Virus record (IMG/VR): IMGVR_UViG_3300045911_000143
Coordinates: 1 to 64,000 of that record
DNA from: a virus
Strand: one strand, 5' to 3'
Length of the DNA: 64,000 bases
Every line of letters begins with the position of its first letter. The stretch's first letter is position 1. The position numbers and the translations under genes were made by a program. Below the pieces are notes generated by a model. The model saw nothing but the letters and a program-made list of their open reading frames with translations. It did not search any database and was not told the origin of the DNA. Positions 20,960 to 31,142 of this stretch are shown here, piece by piece.

Positions 20960-21694
20960 ATGAAAGATTTAATAGTGGTAACTGTATTATATAACTATCC
21001 AACTTTTGCTTTACCTATTTTTTACAATAGAGCTTTACAATATTTTGAACCAACAGACATACATACATTTAGATTTGAAAGTTTTAATGATGAAGAGTAT
21101 ATAAAATTCTCTAACGGAGAAAATGATTACTACTCAAAACTGTTCTTTTATAAAACAGTAAAGTTGGTGCGAGAACTACGGAATATTCAGAACGAATCTG
21201 AGCATATCTTGTTTTTGGACGCGCTAGACACTGCAATTATAAAAGATAAAAACACAATACTTGAAAGGTTTAAATCATTTGATTGCGACATTGTTTTAGG
21301 TGCTGAAAAGGGATTGTGGCCTGTTACGGAGTTTACCGACCAGTATAATAAAATTCCTTCTTCACATGAAACTAAATACTTGAACTCTGGTACTTATATT
21401 GGTAAAACATATAAGGTTATAGAGGCTTTAAATAAAATTGTTACTTTTGGTAGAGAAAAAGTTTTAGAAGACCAAGGTGCTTGGACTCGCCTTTTTTTAT
21501 CAAATGAAATGAATATAAAAATAGACTATGATAGAAAATTATTTTTTTCTACACATGAGTCAAAGGAAAAACTCATTATAGAGAATGGTGAATTTAAAGG
21601 ATTTCTAGATACTGATCCTTGTGTTATTCATGATAACGGTCCATACAATGATCAATTGACTTTTAAACTAGCTGAATACTATAAAATAGGTTAA
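20960..21694 (+). CDS. PLOD/LH3-type glycosyltransferase domain protein
   Basis: LFLDALD, IVLGAEKGLWP, YLNSGTYIG, EDQ, IH.NG motifs. Confidence 0.8.
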   Translation: MKDLIVVTVLYNYPTFALPIFYNRALQYFEPTDIHTFRFESFNDEEYIKFSNGENDYYSKLFFYKTVKLVRELRNIQNESEHILFLDALDTAIIKDKNTILERFKSFDCDIVLGAEKGLWPVTEFTDQYNKIPSSHETKYLNSGTYIGKTYKVIEALNKIVTFGREKVLEDQGAWTRLFLSNEMNIKIDYDRKLFFSTHESKEKLIIENGEFKGFLDTDPCVIHDNGPYNDQLTFKLAEYYKIG

Positions 21695-21823
21695 TTTATG
21701 AAAATATCACAAAAAATAGGTGACATATTGATTAGGTTTTCGATTGCCTGTATAATTGGCTTAATATTTGGCTTATTATTTATTTTAGGATTTTCTTTAG
21801 CATTTTTTCTGTTGAGTTAATAT

Positions 21824-23137
21824 ATGAACATTATCAAAGATTTAAACAAGACAGAAAATAAATTATTTCACATCGGGGAACAATTTATACTAAAAGTTGA
21901 AAAAGTTGAAAAACATGCAGATTGTTTTATCATAAAAACTGATCTTTATGAAAAAGATTTTTCAGATAGTCCAATATGCAATATTAATTTTAACATTCCA
22001 ATTTTAACAGTAGAATACGATAATTCAGTATATGAAAATGAGAACAATATACAAAAACAAAAAATTATTGCTTTTAATAAAGTATTAATAGAAAATAATT
22101 CATCCTTTTTATCAAAAAAGATGTTGTTTCAAATTAATGAACAATCTTTGAATATTATTCAAACTAATTTTAAGGAAATAGTTAATTATGAATGCTGATT
22201 CGGTTGTCGAAGTTAACTTAGAAGAAGAAATATTGTTTAACGTTCTAGGGTTATTTTCTAGAATTGATTGTAATGAAATTATATTTCAGTCTAAGAAGGT
22301 TAACTTTAATGAAGGCATTCTTTATCTTTGTTATGAAATGAATGGAGAACGTCAAATAAGCATAGATATTTATTCTTCCAAAAATAATATCTTTATTTTA
22401 ATAAATGAATTGGATTTTAGATTCAACAAAAATGATCCATATTTTTCATCTTATGCAATTATAGGTTCTTATAGTAAGAAAAATGAAGCATTAATCTTAA
22501 ATGCTGCTCTTCAAAGTGTAGACGTAACTAAAATATTTGAATTTATGCACCAAAATAAAAATAAAGAAACATCTCAATTCTTTGAAGATGCGGTCAGCGC
22601 ACATATTGATGACATAAATTCTATTCATATTCTTAAAAAATATAATTTAAAAATTCAAAAATGATATTAGAATCTAATTTTGAAAAGGAATTTTCAAAAC
22701 ACCTTTCTTACTGCAGGGATGAATTTTATGAAAATGTAAGGAATGATGTTAATGTAGCATTGAAGAGTGGTATAAAAATCAATAACTTAAATATCCAAAA
22801 AGCTATTATAGCTGAAGCACTGTTTAAAGATACATACGAAAAGTTTGCAATTAATGTCAAAAGATTAATTATTGAAAAGTTTAAAACACACAAAATAGAA
22901 CAGCGTTTAAATAGTATAAACTCTTTTTTCTCAGAAATGTGGAAGATAGGGTTTTCTTGGAAAAATGACATAGAAGAAATAATTATATTCTTTACATTTG
23001 ATCAAAATGATAATATTTTATATCAATGTAATAAATTAGATTATTCCTATTTTATAAAGGAAAAATATTCAACACCACTAAGCAAAATTGAGAAACCATT
23101 TCCAGATTGGTTTGTAAATTCACTTAAATTAAACTGA
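21824..23137 (+). CDS. Three hypothetical ORFs (21824-22198, 22188-22664, 22661-23137)
   Basis: Coupled + strand ORFs. Confidence 0.65.
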
Positions 23138-23165
23138 TATATAGAAACAAATATGAGGACAAAAC

Positions 23166-23417
23166 ATGATAAAAATGACTGATGTTGTATTTAATAAAGA
23201 AAGAAAATTCGGCTCTGCTGATTCATATATTCATACACACGTACAATTAGATGACGGAAAAGTTACACCCGCTCTTTTCACACCTAATGAAATTAGTAAA
23301 GGTATAAAGCGAGCTTCTGAAAACCCAGAAGACGTAAAAGACTTTACTGAACCAAGTCTTTGGAATTTTTTCATTTATAAATTGAAAAAGTGGTATAAAT
23401 TTATGTTCAGCTATTAA
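23166..23417 (+). CDS. Hypothetical protein
   Basis: GAGG SD. Confidence 0.7.
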   Translation: MIKMTDVVFNKERKFGSADSYIHTHVQLDDGKVTPALFTPNEISKGIKRASENPEDVKDFTEPSLWNFFIYKLKKWYKFMFSY

Positions 23418-23842
23418 CCTTTTAATAATTCTGCTGTACGTTTTGCTCTATTTGGCAACTGATTTGCCCATTTACTTTTAAGTACTTGGGCAGAAGCTTC
23501 TTGTAATTTACCAGCATTTAAAAATGTTAAAGTTTGTTTAAATTTAGAAAATCTAACATAACCTAAATTGAATGCCATATCCACTATACCCAATTTAGTC
23601 TTATATGGAAGAGAATCAAAATTTTTTACTAATAGTCTTGCAATCTTAACTGCTTCATTGAAATCTTCTTTCAGTTGCTGAATAGCCTTTTGTTTTGTCC
23701 ATCTTATATTTTTGAATTTTTCATCTTTTCCTAGCATATGACCAACACCGATGGTCCAGTAACCGAATATATCAGGATAACTTTTTAATCTTAGTCCTTC
23801 TTCAAAAATGAAGTGATTTTCAATCTGTTTTGAATATTCCAT
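23414..23842 (-). CDS. T4-type lysozyme / endolysin (GH24)
   Basis: EEGLRLKSYPDIFGYWTIGVGH catalytic E-D-T, DMAFNLG, SKWANQLPNRAKR. Confidence 0.93.
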   Translation of the reverse strand: MEYSKQIENHFIFEEGLRLKSYPDIFGYWTIGVGHMLGKDEKFKNIRWTKQKAIQQLKEDFNEAVKIARLLVKNFDSLPYKTKLGIVDMAFNLGYVRFSKFKQTLTFLNAGKLQEASAQVLKSKWANQLPNRAKRTAELLKG

Positions 23843-23866
23843 AATAATCCCTTATAGTGCATCTAT

Positions 23867-24559
23867 TTAAATTTCATGTATGATAAATTCAATTTCTTCA
23901 TCATTACGAATATGTGGGAGCGCAACAGCGCATAACCGTTGTCTAAATCCACACCCTATATCTATGTTTATAACATTATTGTACTTATAAGGTTTTAAAT
24001 CTTTTGGGGGCGTATGACCGTGTACAACCATTTTAGTGTGTGTATCATAATATTGTGGTTCCATTCTACCCCATATTACAAAGTCTTCCTTTTGTTTGTT
24101 AACAGGTAATTGCTTATTAAATGCGCCATGCACAAAGGTGTAATCAACATCATTATATAACAACACAGTTTTGGTTTGTATAAATTTTTTTATATAATTA
24201 TATTCTTTTGTAGTAAATACATGTTGGGGATTATTAAAATTAATTCTAATTTCTTTAAGAAATGTTTCACCGCCATTTTCTAACCACATTTGCATAACTT
24301 TTTTATCAGTTTCTGCTTCAATAAACATTTTCTCGTGGTTGCCATATAAAAATATATGTTGAATATCATTTCTATCTTTGAGTTTATTTAAAAAATCTAT
24401 GACTTTAAAATTTTCTTTTCCTCTATCAATATAATCACCCAAAAAAATTATTTTTGCACCGAATGGGTCATTTTTAGTTTCAATATGTTTTAAGATTTTG
24501 TCATAGATTCTACATAAAAGTGTGAAATTCCCATGAATGTCACCGACTGCATATATCAT
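23867..24559 (-). CDS. PPP-family Ser/Thr protein phosphatase (lambda NinI-like)
   Basis: GDIHG, LGDYIDRG, GNHE, VHG, HGHTP, IDIG. Confidence 0.92.
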   Translation of the reverse strand: MIYAVGDIHGNFTLLCRIYDKILKHIETKNDPFGAKIIFLGDYIDRGKENFKVIDFLNKLKDRNDIQHIFLYGNHEKMFIEAETDKKVMQMWLENGGETFLKEIRINFNNPQHVFTTKEYNYIKKFIQTKTVLLYNDVDYTFVHGAFNKQLPVNKQKEDFVIWGRMEPQYYDTHTKMVVHGHTPPKDLKPYKYNNVINIDIGCGFRQRLCAVALPHIRNDEEIEFIIHEI

Positions 24560-24641
24560 ATTTAATCCTTTTTATATTATAACAAATAATTTTTTCAAAC
24601 ATTATAAATAGAGTAGGGGATTATATTCAAGGAGAAATAAA

Positions 24642-25136
24642 ATGTTTAAGTATATATTAGGTCTAATCATGATCTTAGTTGCTGGAAGTGTAAATGCTGG
24701 TCTACCGGTGTGTACGTCTGGTGCTTTTTTTGAACCTGAAAGAGCAGGTGAAGGAGTTTTATTGACTGTTTCTAATGAACTCATCACTGGAGGTCTTTTT
24801 ACATATGACTACGTAAATGGATTTGTTACAAACACAGTACCAGTAAAAACTTGGTATAGTTTGGGTCCAGTGGTCAATGATGGTACCGTAAATACAGTGG
24901 TTTTACCAGTTTATGAAACCAAAGCTTTAGGACCAGCAAGCGGACCATTAGTTGTAGAGACTCGTGAAGTTGGTTTTGCTGAATTTACTTTTGTTGATAC
25001 ACAAACATTAAGATTTAGCTATAATATTGGTCAATTCTTATATCCAACTTGTGATTTCGGTCCACTGCCATTCTGGTGCCAGAGACGAGATGTTATTCTT
25101 AAGAGAGCTTCTGCAGTTCTTCCACAGTGCTTGTGA
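24642..25136 (+). CDS. Secreted protein with signal peptide
   Basis: Signal peptide ending SVNA; SGAFFEPERAGEG motif; TATAAATA at 24603 and AGGAG SD. Confidence 0.75.
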   Translation: MFKYILGLIMILVAGSVNAGLPVCTSGAFFEPERAGEGVLLTVSNELITGGLFTYDYVNGFVTNTVPVKTWYSLGPVVNDGTVNTVVLPVYETKALGPASGPLVVETREVGFAEFTFVDTQTLRFSYNIGQFLYPTCDFGPLPFWCQRRDVILKRASAVLPQCL

Positions 25137-25162
25137 TTGACATATCTGTTATTTTTGTGATA

Positions 25163-25192
25163 TAAAAACCCCTCAACCCGAGGGGTTTTTTA
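25163..25192 (+). terminator. Intrinsic terminator
   Basis: aaaaacccctc-aaccc-gaggggtttttt. Confidence 0.8.
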
Positions 25193-25195
25193 TTC

Positions 25196-25549
25196 ATGGC
25201 AGGAATTATAAAACTATTTGAATCTTCTAACTTTATACAAAAATATGTCGTAGAAAATACGATAAGAATTAACAACTATATCGGAACTCCATCATATGAA
25301 GTAAGCATCGATATAAATGATATTGAAGAAAAATGCATTTACAATATCATCCTAGATCATACTAGAATAAATGGTAAAATATATCTTACTTGTTACTTGC
25401 ATATTGCTAATACTGTCATACTTCTTTATAATGACAATCCAAAGCATTGGGTTGATCCTATCTTGAATGAAAAATTTAAAAATTTAGAATTTGTTATTCA
25501 ACAATTCAACCGCTTTAACATCACTAAGAAAGGATTAAGCAATGTTTAA
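25196..25549 (+). CDS. Hypothetical protein
   Basis: ORF coupled to the next gene. Confidence 0.6.
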   Translation: MAGIIKLFESSNFIQKYVVENTIRINNYIGTPSYEVSIDINDIEEKCIYNIILDHTRINGKIYLTCYLHIANTVILLYNDNPKHWVDPILNEKFKNLEFVIQQFNRFNITKKGLSNV

Positions 25550-25994
25550 CAACTATAGGATGTATTTTTTAGGAAATATGTATATCTCCCAAATACAACA
25601 TGGTATACAGGCCGCACATGTAATTGCGGAAATGTTTACAAAATACAAAAATACATCTTCTATAGAATCGGAAATACTTGATGATTGGGCTAGAAAATAT
25701 AAAACTATAATTGTATTAAATGGTGGTTATCAATCGGAATTGGAATCTGCCTTAATTAAAATACAAAATTCTTCAGTACTCCGTAAGCTTCCTTATGCTT
25801 ATTTTAGAGAGGAACAAACTGCCCTGAACGGAGCATTAACCTGTGTAGGTATTGTATTACCAGAGATATTCTATCAAGTTGATTCTGAAAAGATTAATGA
25901 GTTTCAATTTAATATGCACAAGATGTTTGGAACAGAAGAATCAGAAAAAATTACAAATTTTGTAAAATTTATACAATCTAAGAGGTTAGCATGA
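25542..25994 (+). CDS. Pth2-like peptidyl-tRNA hydrolase fold protein
   Basis: GIQAAHV, W...[11 protein letters not shown]...[10 protein letters not shown]. Confidence 0.65.
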   Translation: MFNNYRMYFLGNMYISQIQHGIQAAHVIAEMFTKYKNTSSIESEILDDWARKYKTIIVLNGGYQSELESALIKIQNSSVLRKLPYAYFREEQTALNGALTCVGIVLPEIFYQVDSEKINEFQFNMHKMFGTEESEKITNFVKFIQSKRLA

Positions 25995-27037
25995 GAATAG
26001 AAGAAGATGTAAAGTTAGATTTTAGTGATGTTTTAATTAGGCCAAAGAGAAGTTCACTTTCTTCAAGAAAAGATGTTTCATTGAATAGAACTTTTAAGAT
26101 GAAACATAGACCTGATAAGTCTATTACCGGAGTTCCTATCATAGCCGCTAACATGGATGGTGTTGGTACATTCGAGATGGCTGATGCTTTTATGAAGCAC
26201 GAAGCATTTGTCGCAGTTACTAAACATTACTCATTATCAGATTTGACATCATTTTATAATCGTGATCTTGTTACCGTGGATAGGGTCTTCTATTCTGTCG
26301 GCTTGAATGATCTTGACTTACAGAAACTCGATCTATTCTTGAATGATAATAATTTACAGCCATATGTAAGAGATAATATAATGCTTTGTTTAGATGTTGC
26401 TAATGGTTATTCTCAAAAATTTATTGATTTTATTTTGAGAATACGTGAAAAATATAATCCTCGTGCGATCATGGCTGGAAATGTTGTTACTGCTGAAATG
26501 ACAGAAGAATTGATTCTTTCCGGTGCCGATATTGTAAAAATTGGTATTGGTCCCGGTTCAGCATGTACCACCAGAAGAGTTGCAGGTGTTGGTTACCCGC
26601 AATTATCGGCGATTATAGAATGCGCTGATGCGGCACATGGTTTGGGTGGGCTTGTATGTTCAGACGGTGGTTGTACGGTCCCCGGTGACTTCTCGAAGGC
26701 TTTTGGGGCTGGTGCAGACTTCATCATGGCTGGAGGAATATTTGCTGGTCACGATCAAGGTGGCGGTGAAGTTATAGATGGTAAAGTTCAATTCTATGGT
26801 ATGAGTTCTGACACTGCCATGAAAAAACATCATGGTGGAGTTGCTGAATATCGTGCTTCGGAAGGAAGAACTGTTTTTGTCCCCTATAAGGGTGATGTTA
26901 ATAACACTCTTAGTGAAATTCTAGGAGGTGTTCGTAGTTGTATGACATACATCGGTGCTGCATCTTTAAAGGAGATTTCTAAGAGATGTACATTTGTAAG
27001 GGTTAATAGACAATTAAATACAATTTTTGATAAATGA
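25991..27037 (+). CDS. guaC: GMP reductase
   Basis: [47 protein letters not shown]. Confidence 0.96.
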   Translation: MRIEEDVKLDFSDVLIRPKRSSLSSRKDVSLNRTFKMKHRPDKSITGVPIIAANMDGVGTFEMADAFMKHEAFVAVTKHYSLSDLTSFYNRDLVTVDRVFYSVGLNDLDLQKLDLFLNDNNLQPYVRDNIMLCLDVANGYSQKFIDFILRIREKYNPRAIMAGNVVTAEMTEELILSGADIVKIGIGPGSACTTRRVAGVGYPQLSAIIECADAAHGLGGLVCSDGGCTVPGDFSKAFGAGADFIMAGGIFAGHDQGGGEVIDGKVQFYGMSSDTAMKKHHGGVAEYRASEGRTVFVPYKGDVNNTLSEILGGVRSCMTYIGAASLKEISKRCTFVRVNRQLNTIFDK

Positions 27038-27392
27038 GGATTATATGAATACAGAAAATATTTTTTGTTATAGATTATTGAATGGGCAAGATATTATTGG
27101 TAAATTTAATAGAGAGCAAGATGGTAAGATATACCTAGACAATGCGTTAGCGTATGTTATTAGTGAAGGGAAGACCGATAATGGACAACCAGCTTTGTCC
27201 TTTGCTTTTGTCCCACTATCATTTGCATCTACTAGAAATCCAGAAGAAGTTAGATATGGAATTTCTATTGAGTTAGAAAAGACTGCCATATGTTTTAAGT
27301 ATGATTTAGCAAAAGATTATATTGAAGCTTATCTTCAACAAATTTCTATAGTTCAAAAAATCTCTAAACCCGGACTTATAATTCCCGGATAA
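27027..27392 (+). CDS. Sm-like fold phage protein
   Basis: [10 protein letters not shown]...IIPG pattern common in T4-like phages. Confidence 0.55.
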   Translation: MINEDYMNTENIFCYRLLNGQDIIGKFNREQDGKIYLDNALAYVISEGKTDNGQPALSFAFVPLSFASTRNPEEVRYGISIELEKTAICFKYDLAKDYIEAYLQQISIVQKISKPGLIIPG

Positions 27393-27401
27393 TTTGACAA
27401 C

Positions 27402-27722
27402 ATGCAAAAATCAGGTAAGATAACTAGAACAACAGGAGAAAATATGTATTATTCAGTTTATTTCAAAGATGAAGAATCCGCATGGATGGGCCAAATAAAT
27501 GATAATGGTGAAATCGATACCTTTATCCCTTTAGATATCAATAATGAATCTGTGGTTCCCTATACTTTATATTATAGTATCGTTGAAGAGAATGGTGACG
27601 ATTTTACGATCACAAATATAGATTTTAAGCCAATTGATCCAGAGTTTATAGGAAATGATGCTGAGATTTTTGAATTGGCTAATTCGATGCTAAATTATTT
27701 TAAATCTAAAAAATTGCACTGA
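27402..27722 (+). CDS. Hypothetical protein
   Basis: AGGAG SD before an internal Met (about 27444). Confidence 0.65.
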   Translation: MQKSGKITRTTGENMYYSVYFKDEESAWMGQINDNGEIDTFIPLDINNESVVPYTLYYSIVEENGDDFTITNIDFKPIDPEFIGNDAEIFELANSMLNYFKSKKLH

Positions 27723-28246
27723 ATTCAAGTTTGTGTCTTTGCTGTTTAAAATCTGATATTAATAATTCAAGATCACCCCAGTTTTTTGGGTGTCTTGTGT
27801 AACATAAAAATGGCTGGTTTGTGTTTTCGTCATAATGAATCCAAAAGCCTACAGTACCAAAATATGACATGTTATTATAATCTGATTTACGCTTGTTTAT
27901 TTTTGCTTTCAATATTAAAAAATCATATATCTCATCAAGCAATGGTTGAAGATTTTCACTTCTATTCTGAATTTTAATTTGACCCATACATCACCTTCAT
28001 TTTATGAGCATTTTTATTTAGCCATGCACTTAGGAGCATGAAATTATAATCTAACATATACCGAATTACAAAATCTTTGATTTGCTCATAATAACAAAAG
28101 TTTTTATGCCTTTTAAACTTAAAAGTTAAAGGTATTCTCTTATCTGTATAATCAATAAAAATATAATCGAAAATCTCCCCATCTTCTTCATTATTGAAAC
28201 AATACCAGTAATTGATCTTAGATGTCTCTATATTTTTTTCGATCAT
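27706..28246 (-). CDS. Two hypothetical ORFs (27706-27987, 27974-28246)
   Basis: Overlapping - strand ORFs. Confidence 0.6.
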
Positions 28247-28286
28247 TTTAACTATACATAAATAGTAATAATATTTATAATAAAAT

Positions 28287-28895
28287 ATGGAACTTTTTAA
28301 GAGAATTTTAATTGAGGAAGGCGAAAGGGCAGCAGACGCTCAAGTTAAACATGCCATTTCTGTTATTAACAAAATATATAATGAATGGAAAAAAACAAAG
28401 AGAAGAATTAACGCTGTTGATATTATAACAACATCGATCAATAAAATTTCTAATATATCTCCAGCACTATTACCTTTCATTCACGATGCTGCAAAATTGA
28501 AATTAGTAATAATTATAACTAGATGTATGGATTCACCACCTTGGGAAGATATATCAAGACTAGAAAAAAGATATAAAAAACTATTCCCATTAATAAAATT
28601 ACTACAGAACATAACTTCTACATCTGAAAGTGGCGGTAGTTTGAGAGAAGTTATAATGACAAGACTTAGTGCCAATATTTGTTATAATGACAAGACTTGT
28701 AAAACTTTTGTTGGATATGAACCGATAATATCAAAAAATTATTTGAAGTATCTGTTAGGAACAAAACAGGTAGAGAAAGCATATAGAATGCAATCTCTAC
28801 CATTACCCGATGATTTTGAAAGATTGATTGAAACTTTAAAAATAAATCACGAAAAGGCAAAATCAAAGTTCGAAAAACAAACTTCCGTTGAATAG
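28287..28895 (+). CDS. Late hypothetical protein, probable head protein
   Basis: CATAAATA upstream; leader MELFKRILIE/E. Confidence 0.65.
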   Translation: MELFKRILIEEGERAADAQVKHAISVINKIYNEWKKTKRRINAVDIITTSINKISNISPALLPFIHDAAKLKLVIIITRCMDSPPWEDISRLEKRYKKLFPLIKLLQNITSTSESGGSLREVIMTRLSANICYNDKTCKTFVGYEPIISKNYLKYLLGTKQVEKAYRMQSLPLPDDFERLIETLKINHEKAKSKFEKQTSVE

Positions 28896-29684
28896 TGGAT
28901 TTTCACTACCATTGGAAGAATTTGAATAACCTCTTGGATTACAAATAATTCTCGTTTCACCAATAGTGTAGTCAAAACTGTCATGGGTGTGACCATGCAA
29001 CCAGTAGTCAGGCCCATTCTCTTCAATCAGATAATCATATTCATTGCAGAATCCATATGAAACATCGTCCGTTTTATAAATGTCTGCAATCGATTGCCAA
29101 GAAGGGCCATGATGCGTGACCACCACAGTTTTCAGTCCCTGTTTTTTATACTCCCTAAATGTTTTAAAAATATAATCCTTTGATTTTTTGTTTAATCCAA
29201 CGGTATGAATAGCTCTGAGTTTATACTTATAAGGTTCAGAGTCTGTACCAATTCTTATGTTCCTATAATCATTCAAAGAATTTTCTACCTTCCAAGAAAC
29301 TAAGGGGCAGTTATTTTTCAAATCAGTCCATAGTGTAGCTCCTATAAAGGCCACTCCATTCTTTACGAATGACGAGTCATTCAAGTAATGGAAGTTTTTA
29401 AAGCCAAGGCTATTAAAAGTATTATGCACCTTATGGATGCAAGAGCCATAGAACTCGTGGTTTCCTGCAACTAGAATAACATCTTCAAATCTAGAACAAG
29501 TTTCTTCCAAGAAAGGAATATAACTAGATGGTTTTTCGATCACACAGATATCACCCGCCAACACAAGCGTGGAAGAGGAATCTTCTAAAGTTTGCGGGAT
29601 ATTAAAAATGCAAAACTCATTATGTAGATCACTAAGAAGTCTTATTTTCATAAACTTAAATAAATATTTACATACTGTTATCAT
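28863..29684 (-). CDS. Calcineurin-like metallophosphoesterase (likely start MKIRLLSDLH)
   Basis: SDLH, LAGDI, AGNHE, THHGP, HGHTH, CNPRGY. Confidence 0.92.
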   Translation of the reverse strand: MITVCKYLFKFMKIRLLSDLHNEFCIFNIPQTLEDSSSTLVLAGDICVIEKPSSYIPFLEETCSRFEDVILVAGNHEFYGSCIHKVHNTFNSLGFKNFHYLNDSSFVKNGVAFIGATLWTDLKNNCPLVSWKVENSLNDYRNIRIGTDSEPYKYKLRAIHTVGLNKKSKDYIFKTFREYKKQGLKTVVVTHHGPSWQSIADIYKTDDVSYGFCNEYDYLIEENGPDYWLHGHTHDSFDYTIGETRIICNPRGYSNSSNGSENPLFNGSLFFEL

Positions 29685-29697
29685 ACGAGGTATTTAA

Positions 29698-30417
29698 ATG
29701 GAAGTCAATAGAAAGTTTGGTAGAATAGAAGTTTTAGACAGCAGGGATTCACTATATCCAGTTTCTACCATGTTACCACAGCAAAATTTTATCGAAGAAA
29801 AATATTGGTGGGCTGATGGATGGTGGGGTGACCAAAGAGATACATCGGAATGTGTTGCTTATTCTTGGATACATTGGTTAGAAGATGGCCCTGTTGTACA
29901 AGATGGAATTGAAAACCGTGCAAAACCTATCTTCAATCCAACTTCCTTTTATAAGGAAGCACAATTGAGAGATGGATTTCCCGGAAATAATTACAATGGT
30001 TCTTCTGTAAGAGCAGGTGCCAAAATTCTTAAAGAATTAGGTATTATAAAAGAATATAGATGGGCTTTTAGTTTATCCGATGTGGTTGGATGTTTACTAA
30101 ATTTAGGCCCCGTAGTGGTAGGCACGAAATGGTATGGCGACATGTATAAGCCAAATAGCCGTGGGTTTGTTAAACTATCTGGGGCTGATATGGGCGGCCA
30201 TGCATATTTACTGAATGGTGTGAACACCAAAGAGCAAGTGATTAGATTTAAAAACTCTTGGGGTAGAAAATGGGGGGATGATGGCCACGGTTATATCAGT
30301 TTTAAAGATTTTGCTGAATTACTGACTAGAAATGGTGATGCATGTATTGCATTTGAAGTCAAATTAGATAAACTACCATTACTAGAGAATTTAAGCCCAG
30401 CAGTTGATCAAATGTAA
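29698..30417 (+). CDS. Papain-like C1 cysteine peptidase
   Basis: DQRDTSECVAYS (Q...C), GGHAY, FKNSWGRKWGDDG. Confidence 0.9.
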   Translation: MEVNRKFGRIEVLDSRDSLYPVSTMLPQQNFIEEKYWWADGWWGDQRDTSECVAYSWIHWLEDGPVVQDGIENRAKPIFNPTSFYKEAQLRDGFPGNNYNGSSVRAGAKILKELGIIKEYRWAFSLSDVVGCLLNLGPVVVGTKWYGDMYKPNSRGFVKLSGADMGGHAYLLNGVNTKEQVIRFKNSWGRKWGDDGHGYISFKDFAELLTRNGDACIAFEVKLDKLPLLENLSPAVDQM

Positions 30418-30487
30418 CAAAGATCAAAAGTTCTTTCGTATATTCTTCTAGTAATTCATCCCAATATTAATTTTGAAATTTACATTT

Positions 30488-30931
30488 TTAAATTTTGCTT
30501 TTGAAGAGTCTAACATAATTTTCTATTGTTGTTGAATCTCCATTAAAGGTTTTCATTGCTAACTTAATTAATTTAGACTCTTTTTCTAATTTATTTTGCT
30601 CTACAAATTCTTTTATTTGCTCTTTCAATGTTTTTACAGTTGGTGCAAAATCTTTCTTAATTTCTTTTTCTTTCAATAACTTACGATAATTTTCTGGGTT
30701 TTTCTTATATCGATCCCAATTCGTCGGCTTTTCTTCGGTTTTATACAGATCATTCTTGTCCACAATAAAACCAAAGAAACCTTCAGGACAATCTATCTCT
30801 ATGGTGTTGGTGAAATCGTTTTTTGATAAAACTTCACCAATGTATTCTATTTTGCCCTTTTTGTCTTTATCGACAAACTTAACAAAGTCACCAATATTGA
30901 CTTCTTCTAATTTATTAAACTTAGATTCCAT
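30488..30931 (-). CDS. Hypothetical protein with SH3-like N-terminus
   Basis: VNIGDFVKFV; likely start MESKF. Confidence 0.65.
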   Translation of the reverse strand: MESKFNKLEEVNIGDFVKFVDKDKKGKIEYIGEVLSKNDFTNTIEIDCPEGFFGFIVDKNDLYKTEEKPTNWDRYKKNPENYRKLLKEKEIKKDFAPTVKTLKEQIKEFVEQNKLEKESKLIKLAMKTFNGDSTTIENYVRLFKSKI

Positions 30932-30980
30932 GCGCCTATTTATGTGAAAAAAGCCGGATTGCACCGGCTTCCTATGGATT

Positions 30981-31067
30981 TGGTGCTGGCGGTGAGATTC
31001 GAACTCACGAAGGCTTTACGCCGCCTACTTACAAGGCAGGTCCAATTGGCCGCTATGGGACACCAGC
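30981..31067 (-). tRNA. tRNA with UGU (Thr) anticodon and class II (Tyr-like) long variable arm
   Basis: GCTGGTG/CGCCAGC-A-CCA; anticodon arm CCTGC-CTTGTAA-GTAGG; V arm GGC-GTAAA-GCC-TT; T arm GTGAG-TTCGAAT-CTCAC. Confidence 0.88.
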
Positions 31068-31142
31068 ATTTTACATATTTAGTCTACTCAAAATTAATCT
31101 GAGTGTCAACCTCATCAATAAATAATAAAAAAAATAAAATTT

